Shown here in pieces: positions 13,101-24,673 of a stretch of DNA of 64,000 bases (positions are counted from its first letter, which is position 1; each line of letters begins with the position of its first letter). The stretch is from Ruditapes philippinarum (taxonomy: Eukaryota). The stretch spans positions 124,001 to 188,000 of the forward strand of contig NW_026859562.1 of the NCBI RefSeq assembly GCF_026571515.1. The letters run 5' to 3'. The notes under the pieces are model-generated. The model did no database searches and was not told where the DNA came from. It worked only from the letters and a program-made list of their open reading frames with translations. The position numbers and the translations under genes are program-made.

Positions 13101-16100
13101 GCAGGCTGGTCTGGATCCATGCTGGTCGCAAACCCATTATGTTGGTTTTGTCATGACGCGGCTCATATCATTTGGACAAGTTAAAAAATGCTTGAGATAA
13201 AACATAAGTCAAAGTAAATCAAATAAGATTTTGGGGACCCTGACACTCATGCCACCAATGCAGACCAAGATCAGCTGGCACTTCAGTACTTACAAAAAAT
13301 TTTTCCCACAGAGTGATAAATGGTTTTGTCGAGATTGAAAGATGTACATGTGTATTTTAAGACGTGTATTATGCACGAATGGCACTATTTCTTGTAATGA
13401 TGCTATCATTTGTATTATCTCAGTTATGTTGTGCCATTTAAGAAAGCAATTTATATTATTTTGTCCTAACACTGTTGTTACACTATGTAGCAAAATATGC
13501 ATGTTTATTTAACATATTAATATGTAAAGCAAATGTAAAGGTAAGATTTTTTCAAAGCAGGTGTTTGAAGTTAATGTAAGTATTATGATTCATATTTTTA
13601 CATTATGAATGATTGTGATAGTTTACATCACAATCATTATTTTTAAAATAGATATTTTCATATTTTATATTAAAATTTTTGTTTTTAAATGTAGATTTTA
13701 AATATAATAGTTTTATTTTGGTAACTTTAAAATAGTTACAATTTTACTTAAAAATAGTGTTTTTTATTTAAGTTTTATTTTATGTAAGCTGTCCAACAAA
13801 GACTTGCTAAAGTAACTTTATATTAAGCTTAAAGCCAAGCTACATTAAATAACAATTAGCAATTAAACAAACAAGTCTTAATAAGTGGTCAGCTTACTCC
13901 TTTTTTTTTCCATTCTTATTTAAATGCCTAAATATATAGTTAAACAAAAATAGTAACTTTTGCAAAAAATCATTCTAATGTTTTTTTTTTAGGACATTTT
14001 ATACATTAATGTTTATTTGCATATGGTTTAACAAAGTTGAACAAAACTTCCAGCTTCAACTGTCCCAGTATTATTTAAAAATTGGACGTTGAAGTAATAA
14101 ACTGGATTTTTAATATATAAAGTGTTAACTCTGTTATTTTAGGTATGTACATTTATTATATTTTATAATTTATTAAAGTTTATAAACTTTATTCTAAATA
14201 TGTAAATTAATATTATTAAATTGTTAGGTACTATGTAATAGTATAAATATTTGAATTGTTAAAATGGTACCTCTTACGCAAAGTAAGTTATTTAAAGCTA
14301 ATTTCCCCATATTTGTTAATTAAATGTTTAAACTATTGTTAATTTAAATATTGTATTTTTATAATAATTTATTTAATAATGTTGTAAAATGTTATTTATG
14401 TAATCATTTAAAAATTGGACGTTAAAGTAATAAACTAAATTTTTAAAATATAAAGTGTTAACTCTGTTATTCCAGGGTTTCGTCTTAAAGGACTTAAACA
14501 CAGTCTGCCCATGAGTAATTAATAAAAAAGGCCAACTGTCGTAGGATCATAAAATTCTGGTGAATTCAAGAATACTGGAAAACACATACCAAAACTGGTA
14601 GAAAAAAAAAACGTAAAACCAATGTGTTCTTCCATAAGAAATAAATAAGCCCTAAGCATACACAACAATGAAAATAAACATTACTCATTAGAATCTATAA
14701 AATCCTAAATTGTTAGGTATATTAGGACTGATCATCTAAATTCAAAATTATTTTCCCTTTAGTGAGATAATATTTTATTATGAAGCTCTGATCAAGTTTT
14801 CATAAATTTCACTATTGGTATATTTTTCCCCCTTCTTTTTTCAATAGGTTCAAATTGAGTACCACTCTTTTGTTGTTCAAATTAGTGCTCCCAAATAGTA
14901 GCACCTTAGGCTTATTCTGTTGTATTCTTTATTTACAAATTTAAGCTGCATCTATAGAATGAAACTCCCTGTGTGCCAGTCACAAAATATTCATTTAACA
15001 TCAGCTATCTGTAAAAAAAAATTTTCTTCCAAAAATGACCATGTTTGTAATTAATTACAAATGTTCATTTATAAATGCATAACCTTGCAAAATTTGTATT
15101 AATATTCCTACCAATTGCATAATCTTGTATATTTTTGTGTATTGTATACAATAAAACATATCTATGTATTGTTTATTTTAGGTATACTTGTTTACAAAGT
15201 AAACAGACCACAAGGTCTTAGGTAGTTAACACAAGTCCTACTAAATAAAAGCTAGCAAATAACAATAAAGGTTAACACAAGTCCCTAATACTAATCTTAT
15301 TATTGTGCACAATGTAAATAAATTTTTGTCTTTATCCAAAATGTGTGTATCAATGTTTACATATGTATATTTTTCGGATAATACCTTAAGTATATGTTAT
15401 AATGTAAATACTTTAGTAAGTAGTTAAAAAAAAAAAAATCAAAAAAAATCTTTTTATAACCCATATTTTTAAAAAATAAATAAATTCAACTTTGGGGTCC
15501 AAAGTAAAAGAACAAGAGAGGAACTATTATGATCCATATTTTTACATTATGAATGATTGTGATAGTTTACATCACAATCATTATTTTTAAAATAGATATT
15601 TCATATTTTATATCAAAATCTTTGTTTTTAAATGTAGATTTCAAATATAATAGTTTTATTTTGGTAACTTTAAAATAGTTACAATTTTACTTAAAAATAG
15701 TGTTTTTCATTTAAGTTTTATTTTATGTAAGCTGTCCAACAAAGACTTGCTAAAGTAACTTTATATCAAGCTTTAAAGCCAAGCTACATTAAGTGACAAT
15801 TAGCAATTAAACAAACAAGTCTTGATAAGTGGTCAGCTTACTCCTTTCTTTTTCCATTCTTATCTAAATGCCTAAATATATAGTTAAACAAAAATAGTAA
15901 CTTTTGCAGGAAATCATCCTAATGTTTCCTTCTTAGGACATTTTATACATTAATGTTTATTTGCATATGGTTTAACAGAGTTGAACAAAACTTCCAGCTT
16001 CAACTGTCCCAGTATCATTCGAAAATTGGACGTTGAAGTAATAAACTGGATTTTTAAAATATAAAGTGTTAACTCTGTTATTCCAGGTATGTACATTTAT

Positions 16101-19100
16101 TATATTTCATAATTCATTAAAGTTTATAAACTCTATTCTAAATATGTAAATTGATATTATTAAATTGTTAGGTACTATGTAATAGTATAAATATTTGAAT
16201 TGTTAAAATGGTACCTCTTACGCAAAGTGAGTTATTTAAAGCTAATTTCCCCATATTTGTTAATTAAATGTTCAAACTATTGTTAATTCAAATATTGTAT
16301 TCTTATAATGATTTATTTAATAATGTTGTAAAATGTTATTTATGTAATCATTCGAAAATTGGACGTTGAAGTAATAAACTGGATTTTTAAAATATAAAGT
16401 GTTAACTCTGTTATTCCAGGGTTTCGTCATAAAGGACTAAGAAAAGTCTGCAAATGAGTAATCAATAAAAAAGGATAACTGTCATAAAATCATAAAATAA
16501 GCATGTTAAAGACTTTTTATATGGCATATACATGCACTGATGGAGGTAGAATGGAAATTGTGCAATGATATATATTTATACTTTGCATAATATTTTATTA
16601 ATTGATAACATAACAGAAATATTTTAAGGATCAAATGTTTGATTTCCAGGCTCTGACTTGAGACATAGGTATTAGTTACCTTCCTTCCCTTGACAGAAGG
16701 GCTTCTTTGTTTCTCATCCCCTCTTCTTTAATAAAGTTAATTTGCCAGTAAGATATTTTTCTTTTTGGCGGTTAGAATACTTTTTTGGCTTGAACTATAT
16801 GAAAATTGGATAATGATAAAGTCTCACCTCCTCGGCAAACAGCTTATAAATTTAATGAATAAAATTCAAATTTTGAGTAAAAAAAATTGCTTCCTTTTAA
16901 TGTGCATTAAAGACCTTGTTATATATAAGGTCCATCTAATAAGCTGGTTAATAAGATAATTATTTGTAATTTATAGGACAAAGACAGCATTTTACTTATT
17001 ATGTGTGTTATGTGTATTTACTACGATCATGCAAAGCTCGTTTAATGTTAATTGTTACATATATAATGTAGTTTGTATTTCAGGTTCATAGATCATAATG
17101 ACTGTGCATATTTATAAAGCACACTGTATCACCAGTTGGCAACAATGCCACACACTGCTTTATCTTCTATATTCATCATCTTCATAATTGAGGCTGGCCA
17201 TGACAAAAACAACATAATGCGTTTGCGACCAGCATGGATCCAGACCAGCCTGCGCATTCGCGTAATCTGATCAGGATCCATGCTGTTCGCTTACAAACCC
17301 TATTACAAGAAGAGAAACTTATAGCAAACAGCATGGATCCTGATCAAACTGCGTGGTCGCAAACGCGCCATGTTGGTTTTGTCATAGCGCGGCTCATTTT
17401 ATTATAATGTGGAGTTAAGTAATAAATTCAGTAAACAATTTGTTTTTTATTTCTGTATTATAAACAGCCATTCAGTGGTATATACAACAGCCATTATGAG
17501 AAGGGTACCTACACCTGCGTTTGCTGTAGTGAGAAACTTTTCAGGTAAACTATAGGTGACATTTCAGGTAAAAATGTTGCTGTTCATAGGTAGCTACAAG
17601 CTAAACCCATATATCATTGTAGTGTTATACAACAGGCTGTTGGAAAAAGAATGCCAATTTTCTAAAAAAAAATTATAAATGAATTCTTATTTTCTAGAAA
17701 ATAAGAAATACATTGAATTTCATTTTTAGCTCACCTGTCACAAAGTGACAGGGTGAGCTTTTGTGATCGCTTTTCGTCCGGCGTCCGTCCGTCCGTCCGT
17801 AAACTTTTACTTTAAATGACATCTCCTCATAAACCACTAAGCCAATTTCATCCAAACTTCACGAGAATGTTCCTTTGGTGGTCACCTTTAAAAATTGTTC
17901 AAAGAATTTAATTCCATGCAGAACTCTGGTTGCCATGGCAACCGAAAGAAAAAACTTTAAATATCTTCTTTTAAAAAACCCAAAGAGCTAGAGCTTAGAT
18001 ATTTGGCATGCAACATTTTCTAGTGAGTGTCTACCAAGTAAGGCTCCCACGTTTACAAATTTTTGTAAACCTGTACACGATTGCTAAGAACCGAAACGAT
18101 ACCGTTTAAACGGTGGTACTTCTATGTGCTATACATGTACTACACCATATATCCAAGTCGCAAATTGATGACTTCCTTTCTATTTTTAACACAAGTACAA
18201 ATAATAATAGTCAGGGCTCATCATGATTGTGACGGCACACATTTTCTGCATTGTATCCTCATTTCGCTCTTTTGAAAGATCAAAGGAAAATCAACTTTAT
18301 CAAAAATGTATTGTGTCACAAGCAATTATTGCATGGTGCTGTGTGGAGGGTTGTAAATAACTATTTTCCGTATTTTACTTTGAAATAAACCAATTACAAT
18401 TGATAGAATTCATGATTACAGGCAATGATTAAGATATTTTGTAAGACAATAATGTTCATTTCGATTAAACAGTAAAAATTATCGTAAACGTTTATGACTT
18501 AAAATCGAAACGAACCCGTTTAAACGTGTAACCGTGGGGGCCTTACTACCAAGTTTGTTCAAATAAAAGCCCTGGGGTCAAAAGTGGCCCCCCAGGGGGT
18601 CATTGATTTTCCCTATATGCATATAGTAAAAACTTAAAAATCTTCTTTTAAAGAACCCTAAGAGCTAGAGCAAAGATATTTAGCATGGAACATCTTCTAA
18701 TGAGTGTCTACCAAGTTTGTTCAAATAAAAGCCCTGGGGTCAAAATTGGCCCCGCCCCAGGGGTGTCATTGTATTTAACTATACAGTTAAACTTCGTTCG
18801 CTCGAACTCGGATCGCTTGAATACCTCCCTTCGCTTGAACTCATCGCCCAGTCCCGGCAAAATTCCTATATAATATATATTGTTCTACCTCGGATCAAAC
18901 ACAAAAAGACAAGTCGACATGTCCTAAATAAATGACAGTCGGCGACACATGTTTTTAACACCTCGTGATCGTGACAAAGGTAATTAAGGTTTATTGATAC
19001 AAAAAAGAGGTGTTGTAAACGATTTGTTTGTTATGATAATACTGTTAATTTGCAGTTTATGGTAACGATAAAAAGAAATAATAAGTGAAATATGCAGAAG

Positions 19101-22100
19101 TCAATAAAGAATGACGTTTACCCGGACGGCTTTAATTACAACCGTAGTTCATGTAACGTGAATTGTAACAGTGTTGTCTATTAATATTTGTACGCTCAAC
19201 CAATTACAATATACATGGATAACGATTAACACAGTGTACCATTAATACTTAATTGAAAACACTGGGATAATAATTCTGAATATGACATATTCGACGAACG
19301 GATGTACTAACAAACAATTAAATTGACTTATTTATCATTCGAATGTTGTAAGTTAGAAAATCTTTAGGCCTATGATCACCGTAATAATAGGTCAACCTTG
19401 GTTGGCTCGAACTACCGATCTTTCGAACAAATTTGCACAGGCCCTCCCGAGCGAACGCGACTGTATGTGTACAGTAAAAACTTAAAAAATCTTCTTTTTA
19501 AAAATATAAATAGCTAGAGGTTAGATGTTTAGCATGAAACATCTTCTTTTGAGTGTCTACAAAGATTGTTCAAATAAAAGCCCTTGGGTTAAAATTGGCC
19601 CTGGGGGGGGGGTGATCATTGTTTTCATTATATGTGTGTAGTACATCTTCTAATGGGTGTCTTCCAAGTTTGTTCAAATAAAAGCCCTGGGGTTTAAACT
19701 GGCCCCGCTCCAGGGGGCCTATATACAGGTGAGCGACCTCAGGGCCATCATGGCCCTCTTGTTACAGTATTGGCTGGAAAAAAAAAGAATAAATAAACTA
19801 ATACAATGTACATTTTAATTTCAGTTCACATTATATATCCCCAGTTATTATATAGAAGTTACCTAGCATGAAACCACCTTTCCAGCAGTCTTAACGATCA
19901 TGTATTGTTACTAATGGAACATAGTTTATTGCAGATTTCTATAATTGTTTCATTGAAAGCAATGAACAAATCATTCATGCATTTCTCTTCTATATTACAA
20001 TGCCTTTTTCATGACATACAGTAAGGAAATACGACTTTTAAGCAATTTATATTGCTATGAAGTCTTTTGTGAAACCTTTTAACAATCAGTTTTCCTCAAA
20101 TCTTACTGTAAATTTTGAAATAGGCATGGGGTGCTCTATTTAAGTTTTAACAATTTTCAAAAGATACATTTTTTTGCTCAAAATTTTGACTGGTATATAA
20201 TAACAGAAACAAAACAAACCTCCTTTTTTTGTGTCTGTTTCATTACCTCCATTTGTAAATTGTTTAATTTTTAATTGAAACAAAACATCATCATTTTTTT
20301 ACGGATTCATACAAAATTTAATGCTCTAATGTAAATGAACGGGAAAAACAAAATGGAGCACTTAATATATTGAATTATTTTTTAATGATATTATGTTGTT
20401 TTTTGTCATTCAGTAAAAGCTGATCCATCAAATAACCATGAGCTAGGACATTAGTTTGTCTAGCGTAGGGAGGGGTACTTATTCAGTTAATTTATATCAT
20501 GATTGTAATTTAAATTAAGTCTCGATCATTTCAGGTTTATTAAAAATTAAATCATTTAAAATTGTAGTTCAGACAGCAAGTATGATTCCGGGACAGGCTG
20601 GCCATCATTTACTGATGTGTACAGGCAGGAAGAGAAAGGTCTGCCCAATGTGATAGAGAGGCCAGAAAACAGCGTTGGTCGCAGTACTTTTAGAACAGAG
20701 GTCATCTGCAGAAAGGTTCAATCATTTACATACCACTATATTATAAATACAATTAATACCTATGTTTCTGTATATAGTAACAAAATCTAGCGTAAATTTA
20801 AGGCCATTATGACAAGATTTAGGTTGTTATGCAATTTTGGCCGCCTTGCCACTCCATATTATTTTTCCATAATGGGCTAGTGAAATGCAAAATGACGTTA
20901 TCAAACCTCAGTGACTTTCAAGATGGCTACTGTCGTTGAATGAACTGTAGTCATTTGCACACACAATTTTAAGTTTAAATGACAATATCAATCGCTATCA
21001 ACAAAGCTTAACTTTGATATTCCCCTAAAAAATTCCAAAAATGATTTCAGATTGATGGTAGAAAAAAGATCAGATTTTTTACTTGACGTCAGAACCGTTC
21101 TTATGGGCACATAGTTTCATAAAAAATTTGGTACTGAACGTTATTCTCACAAAGAAATATAAAGAGTATTTATCAATATAAACAAAAATAGAACAACATT
21201 TTCTCATATTTATTTTGTGTTATCATGTTTTCTAAGTTATTCAAAGGGTAAAACTGAATGACAGATATTTGTTTACTTTGACAACTGTCTGTTTCTAAGA
21301 AAGGGCAACAGCCAAGATAAGTGGTGACACCAAAACGCCCTATTTCCCGCATATGTATTAAAGAGGTTAATGCTTGGTTGCTGCTTGCTATTATGCGATA
21401 ATGGACCTCTTATCCATAATGTCTTCCGGGCCTGCGGCCCTCAGGCCATTATGCACTTCTTTGGGCATTATCCATAATTGTGTATTAAATGTATGGACTG
21501 TATTTTAACCATGTAATATTATGTTTAATGCATGTTTTTATCAAAGCTAATGTGATTATGATGACACAGAAACTGCTTCTGTCATGTTACGGCCAATTTG
21601 CACCCTCTGTGAAGCATGGTCCCTGACACTCTGAGGTATGGTAGGATTCCAGATTTTATTCACAAAGACAAGTCATGATCCTCCCCACTATCTCATAACC
21701 AAATTATATTTTCATCAGAGGCGCTTTATTTGAGATATTTGGAAAATAAACTTATTTTTTTAATGGAAATTGCTTTGATATCAGTATAGCATTTCGTATT
21801 GGATTTTTACATAAATCAAGTCCTTGGGTAAACAATTTCCCTGCTGCAGGGTTACTTTTGTTACACTGTCTTGAACAGGAAATCACTAACCTAGCGATAA
21901 GGATCAGAATTGGGCACCACCATTGGGGTCACTGATTTTACAAATTTTTAGGAAAATTCATTTAAATCTTACCAAGACCTTACATATTTGGCATACATGT
22001 AACATTACCTATTGCCATTTAGACATTTACTCAAGTTATGAAGAATCATGGATCCTGGGGTCAAAAATGGGCCCTTCCCAATATGGCCCTGTAACCAACT

Positions 22101-22422
22101 ACGCTTTGCATGGCCCTCTTGTATCATTAACCAATTTCTTGATAGTACCTTACTAGGTATATTAAATAATACTTGGATTATTCTCATATAGAATTTTATG
22201 GTATTAGAGTCATCTTTTGTCTTGGTGTAGAAAAAGCTGAAATAAAACTTTGGCACTATTTAGCAGTATTATCTAATATTGTGTGGTTTTCAAATGTAAC
22301 ATTCAATGTTTCAGTGTGATTCTCATCTTGGCCATGTTTTCGATGATGGACCGTCACCAAGTAACAAGCGATACTGCATCAACAGTGTAGCGTTAAGTTT
22401 TACACCAGCAGCTGATAAATGA
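4125..22422 (+). CDS. MSRB2: Methionine-R-sulfoxide reductase B2, mitochondrial type (SelR/MsrB family), 5 coding exons, 187 aa
   Basis: Exons 4125-4242, 9593-9705, 17468-17544, 20568-20715, 22315-22422, all GT-AG and phase-consistent (564 nt). Protein: basic, acid-free N-terminal presequence [14 protein letters not shown]..., then [29 protein letters not shown], Zn motifs CVCC and [21 protein letters not shown] and catalytic RYCINS. Confidence 0.93.
4602..5786. mobile_element. Non-autonomous element or foldback with ~240-bp imperfect inverted arms (4602-4840 / 5553-5786)
   Basis: AGTAAAGGTATGCAACTCGCCGCTCATTTTTCAGCACTCATC at ~4687 is the reverse complement of GATGAGTGCTGAAAAATGAGCGGCGAGTTGCATACCTTTACT at ~5664. 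Termini and TSD not resolved. Confidence 0.7.
6440..9338 (+). mobile_element. Helentron-associated non-autonomous element (HINE/DTC84-like) with ~145-bp internal tandem array (~11 units), interrupted by a nested transposon
   Basis: 5' TTTTAGCTCACCTGAGC..GCTCAGG and GTCC-type microsatellite. Repeats AAACTT at 8101, 8245, 8390, 8535. 3' CAGGTGAGCG followed by hairpin GGGCC..GGCCC-TCTTGT. Confidence 0.88.
6696..7944 (+). mobile_element. Non-autonomous hAT-like DNA transposon with CAGTCTGC TIRs and 6-bp TSD (CAATCA), nested in the HINE array
   Basis: CAATCA|CAGTCTGC...GCAGACTG|CAATCA; removing the insert and one TSD restores the host repeat unit. Several subterminal AGCCCGA/TCGGGCT motifs at both ends. 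Confidence 0.85.
9940..10452. repeat. ~39-40-bp minisatellite (~13 copies)
   Basis: Repeating AATCAATATAACTTACTGAAGAAATTATAATCATGGAAATGCA-like unit. Confidence 0.9.
10482..11758 (+). mobile_element. HINE-like element with (GGCGTC)n microsatellite and ~162-bp tandem units
   Basis: 5' TTTTTAGCTCGACTATTC; (CGGCGT)n; units at 10590, 10752, 10916; 3' GAATAGTCGAGC followed by hairpin GCTGTC..GACAGC-TCTTGTT. Confidence 0.88.
11957..12100. repeat. 48-bp tandem repeat, 3 copies
   Basis: GTTATAGAAATTGAAATATAGGATTCTTTCAAAACAGCTCATAAAGGT x3; accounts for the repetitive ORF 11775..12095. Confidence 0.9.
12923..13168. mobile_element. Palindromic ~245-bp MITE (family copy 1 of 5)
   Basis: TIR ATGAGCCGCGTCACGACAAAACCAACAT ... 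ATGTTGGTTTTGTCATGACGCGGCTCAT; internal GCATGGATCC repeats. Confidence 0.9.
13581..16497. repeat. ~0.9-1 kb direct duplication (13581-~14550 and 15525-~16497, offset 1944 bp); each copy has an internal ~75-bp direct repeat
   Basis: Colinear alignment from TATTATGAT(T/C)CATATTTTTACATTATGAATG to TCCAGGGTTTCGTC; about 4% divergence, almost all C/T and G/A. Confidence 0.95.
17188..17397. mobile_element. Palindromic MITE (family copy 2, internally deleted)
   Basis: Same GCGACCAGCATGGATCCAGACCAGCCTGCGCA core and GCGGCTCAT terminus as 12923-13168. Confidence 0.88.
18039..18545. mobile_element. hAT-type MITE with 8-bp TSD (CTACCAAG)
   Basis: CTACCAAG|TAAGGCTCCCACG ... CGTGGGGGCCTTA|CTACCAAG; 13-bp TIR with one mismatch. 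Confidence 0.88.
18784..19463. mobile_element. Tc1/mariner (pogo/Tigger-like) MITE with TA TSD
   Basis: TA|CAGTTAAACTTCGTTCGCTCG ... CGAGCGAACGCGACTG|TA; imperfect TIR starting CAGT. Confidence 0.75.
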
Positions 22423-23572
22423 TGTGACAAAATAAAAGATTTCCAGAAAAACGATTTGCTACAGTTTTGAAAATGCAGCATTTTAACTGGTCAATGTGAT
22501 TAATTAGTGCTAAGTGACATTATGCTAATATTTTTCCCCTGTCAATTTGAGTTGAATAATTAATATTCCTAAAGATTGAATATTATAATAGAGATTGACC
22601 AATAATTAATCATGAAAAATGTTTTGGATAAAATATATACCTAAATTGTATGAAGTCTGCCCATCTCTTCTTAAAACTCGAAAAAACTTGAACATTGCCT
22701 ACACATTTCAAATCTATATTTATAGAAATAAGTCATGGGTCACATGGATTATTGATTATTTTTGCATAGTAAGATATAAAACTGAACCCAGTTGTTACAA
22801 AATGTAAAGTTATTTTGACTTTAACCTGTGCATACACCAGGCATAATGTCACTTTAACATTTTTAGGACATAATAAAGCTTTAAGACTTTGTCTACTTAA
22901 CAGAATAGTCAATGTTTGCTTTTATTGTTGTTAATTGGGTTAAGTGATTGCTCATTGATAAATTGTTGTAGTTAAACATTGTTTGATTTTGTTGTATTCT
23001 TGGAATGATAGCATTATATTCTGTATTTTTGTCTTATTGTGTTACCTGGCTATATATATATTAAAGCTACTGTGTTATGTTGTTTTAGTGATTTTGCATA
23101 CGTGTGAACTTTTTCCGATGATCAAGTGCGAGGTTTTTCTTCAAAAAGAGGGAGATTTTAGAATTTGCAATAAACAAAGTAGAAAGTTCTGACATCAAAA
23201 AGAGGAAGATTTCTTTAATTTGTGAATATACGCCTTCTTTTAAGAAGAATCTTTGAAAATATGGCTGTCTCCCGCTAAAAGTGGGAGAGTTCACATGTAT
23301 GTAAATTATGTGTTATGTTGTGTTAGTTATCAATATGCTGTGTTACCTATAGAAATGCAATACTTGCTGTTGATATGCTATTTTAGTCATTTATATGCCA
23401 TTTTAGTTATTGATCTGCCATAGAAGTTATACATAATGCTTTCTTTATTATACACCCCGTTCAAAATCTCCCCCATTAATAAATGCCCCTGGTTTTTCTG
23501 TCAGAACTGAAATATATACTGCATATATAATCTTCAATTGGCATTTTATTGAAAAATTAAAAGTTATAAGTG

Positions 23573-24673
23573 TTTTTAGCTCGACTATTCGCAGAATAAT
23601 CGAGCTAATGCAGTCACCCATTTGTCGGCGTCGGCGTCGGCGTCGGCGTCCCTGTGGTTAAGTTTTTGTATGTAAGCTGGTATCTCCATAACTACTGAAG
23701 GGAATGGATTGAAACTTCACACACTTGTTCTCTGTGATTGTCTAAGATGATTGGCACAAGTCCCATAACTCTAATTTGCTTTTTTTCATAATTATGCCCC
23801 TTTTTCGACTTAGAAATTCTTGGTTAAGTTTTTGTATGTAAGCTGGTATCTCCATAACTACTGAAGGGAATGGATTGAAACTTCACACACTTGTTCTCTG
23901 TGATTATCTAAGATGATTGGCACAAGTCCCATAACTCTGATTTGCTTTTTTACATAATTATGCCCCTTTTTCGACTTAGAAATTCTTGGTTAAGTTTTTG
24001 TATGTAAGCTGGTATCTCCATAACTACTGAAGGGAATGGATTGAAACTTCACACACTTGTTCTCTGTGATTATCTAAGATGATTGGTACAAGTCCCATAA
24101 CTCTGATTTGCTTTTTTACATAATTATGCCCCTTTTTCGACTTAGAAATTCTTGGTTAAGTTTTTGCATGTAAGCTGGTATCTCCATAACTACTGATGGG
24201 AATGGATTGAAACTTCACACACTTGTTCTCTGTGATTATCTAAGATGATTGGTACAAGTCCCATAACTCTGATTTGCTTTTTTACATAATTATGCCCCTT
24301 TTTCGACTTAGAAATTCTTGGTTAAGTTTTTGCGTGTAAGCTGGTATCTCCATAACTACTGAAGGGAATGGATTGAAACTTCACACACTTGTTCTCTGTG
24401 ATTATCTAAGATGATTGGCACAAGTCCCATAACTCTGCTTTGCTTTTTTACATAATAATGCCCCTTTTTCGACTTAGAAATTCTTGGTTAAGTTTTTGTT
24501 TGTAAGCTTGTATCTCCATAACTACTGAAGGGAATGTATTGAAACTTGAAGGGTTTGTACCTTTTCGGACAATTTTATGTATTCATATAGGTAAGCATTA
24601 TTATACTCAATGAAACACCCTTGTGACAAATTTTCGAATAGTCGAGCGTTACTGTCCTCCGACAGTTCTTGTT
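23573..24673 (+). mobile_element. HINE-like element with ~5.3 highly similar 166-bp tandem units, ~1.1 kb downstream of the MsrB2 stop
   Basis: 5' TTTTTAGCTCGACTATTC and (CGGCGT)n; units at ~23654, 23821, 23987, 24153, 24318, 24485; 3' GAATAGTCGAGC followed by CTGTC..GACAG-TTCTTGTT. Confidence 0.92.

Larger units (their letters stand above)
17723..19763 (+). mobile_element. HINE-like element carrying two nested DNA transposons
   Basis: 5' TTTTTAGCTCACCTGTCAC..GTGACAGGGTGAGCT and (GTCC)n; 3' CAGGTGAGCG followed by GGGCCATCATGGCCC-TCTTGTT; internal repeat units containing CAAGTTTGTTCAAATAAAAGCCCTGGGG. Confidence 0.88.
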
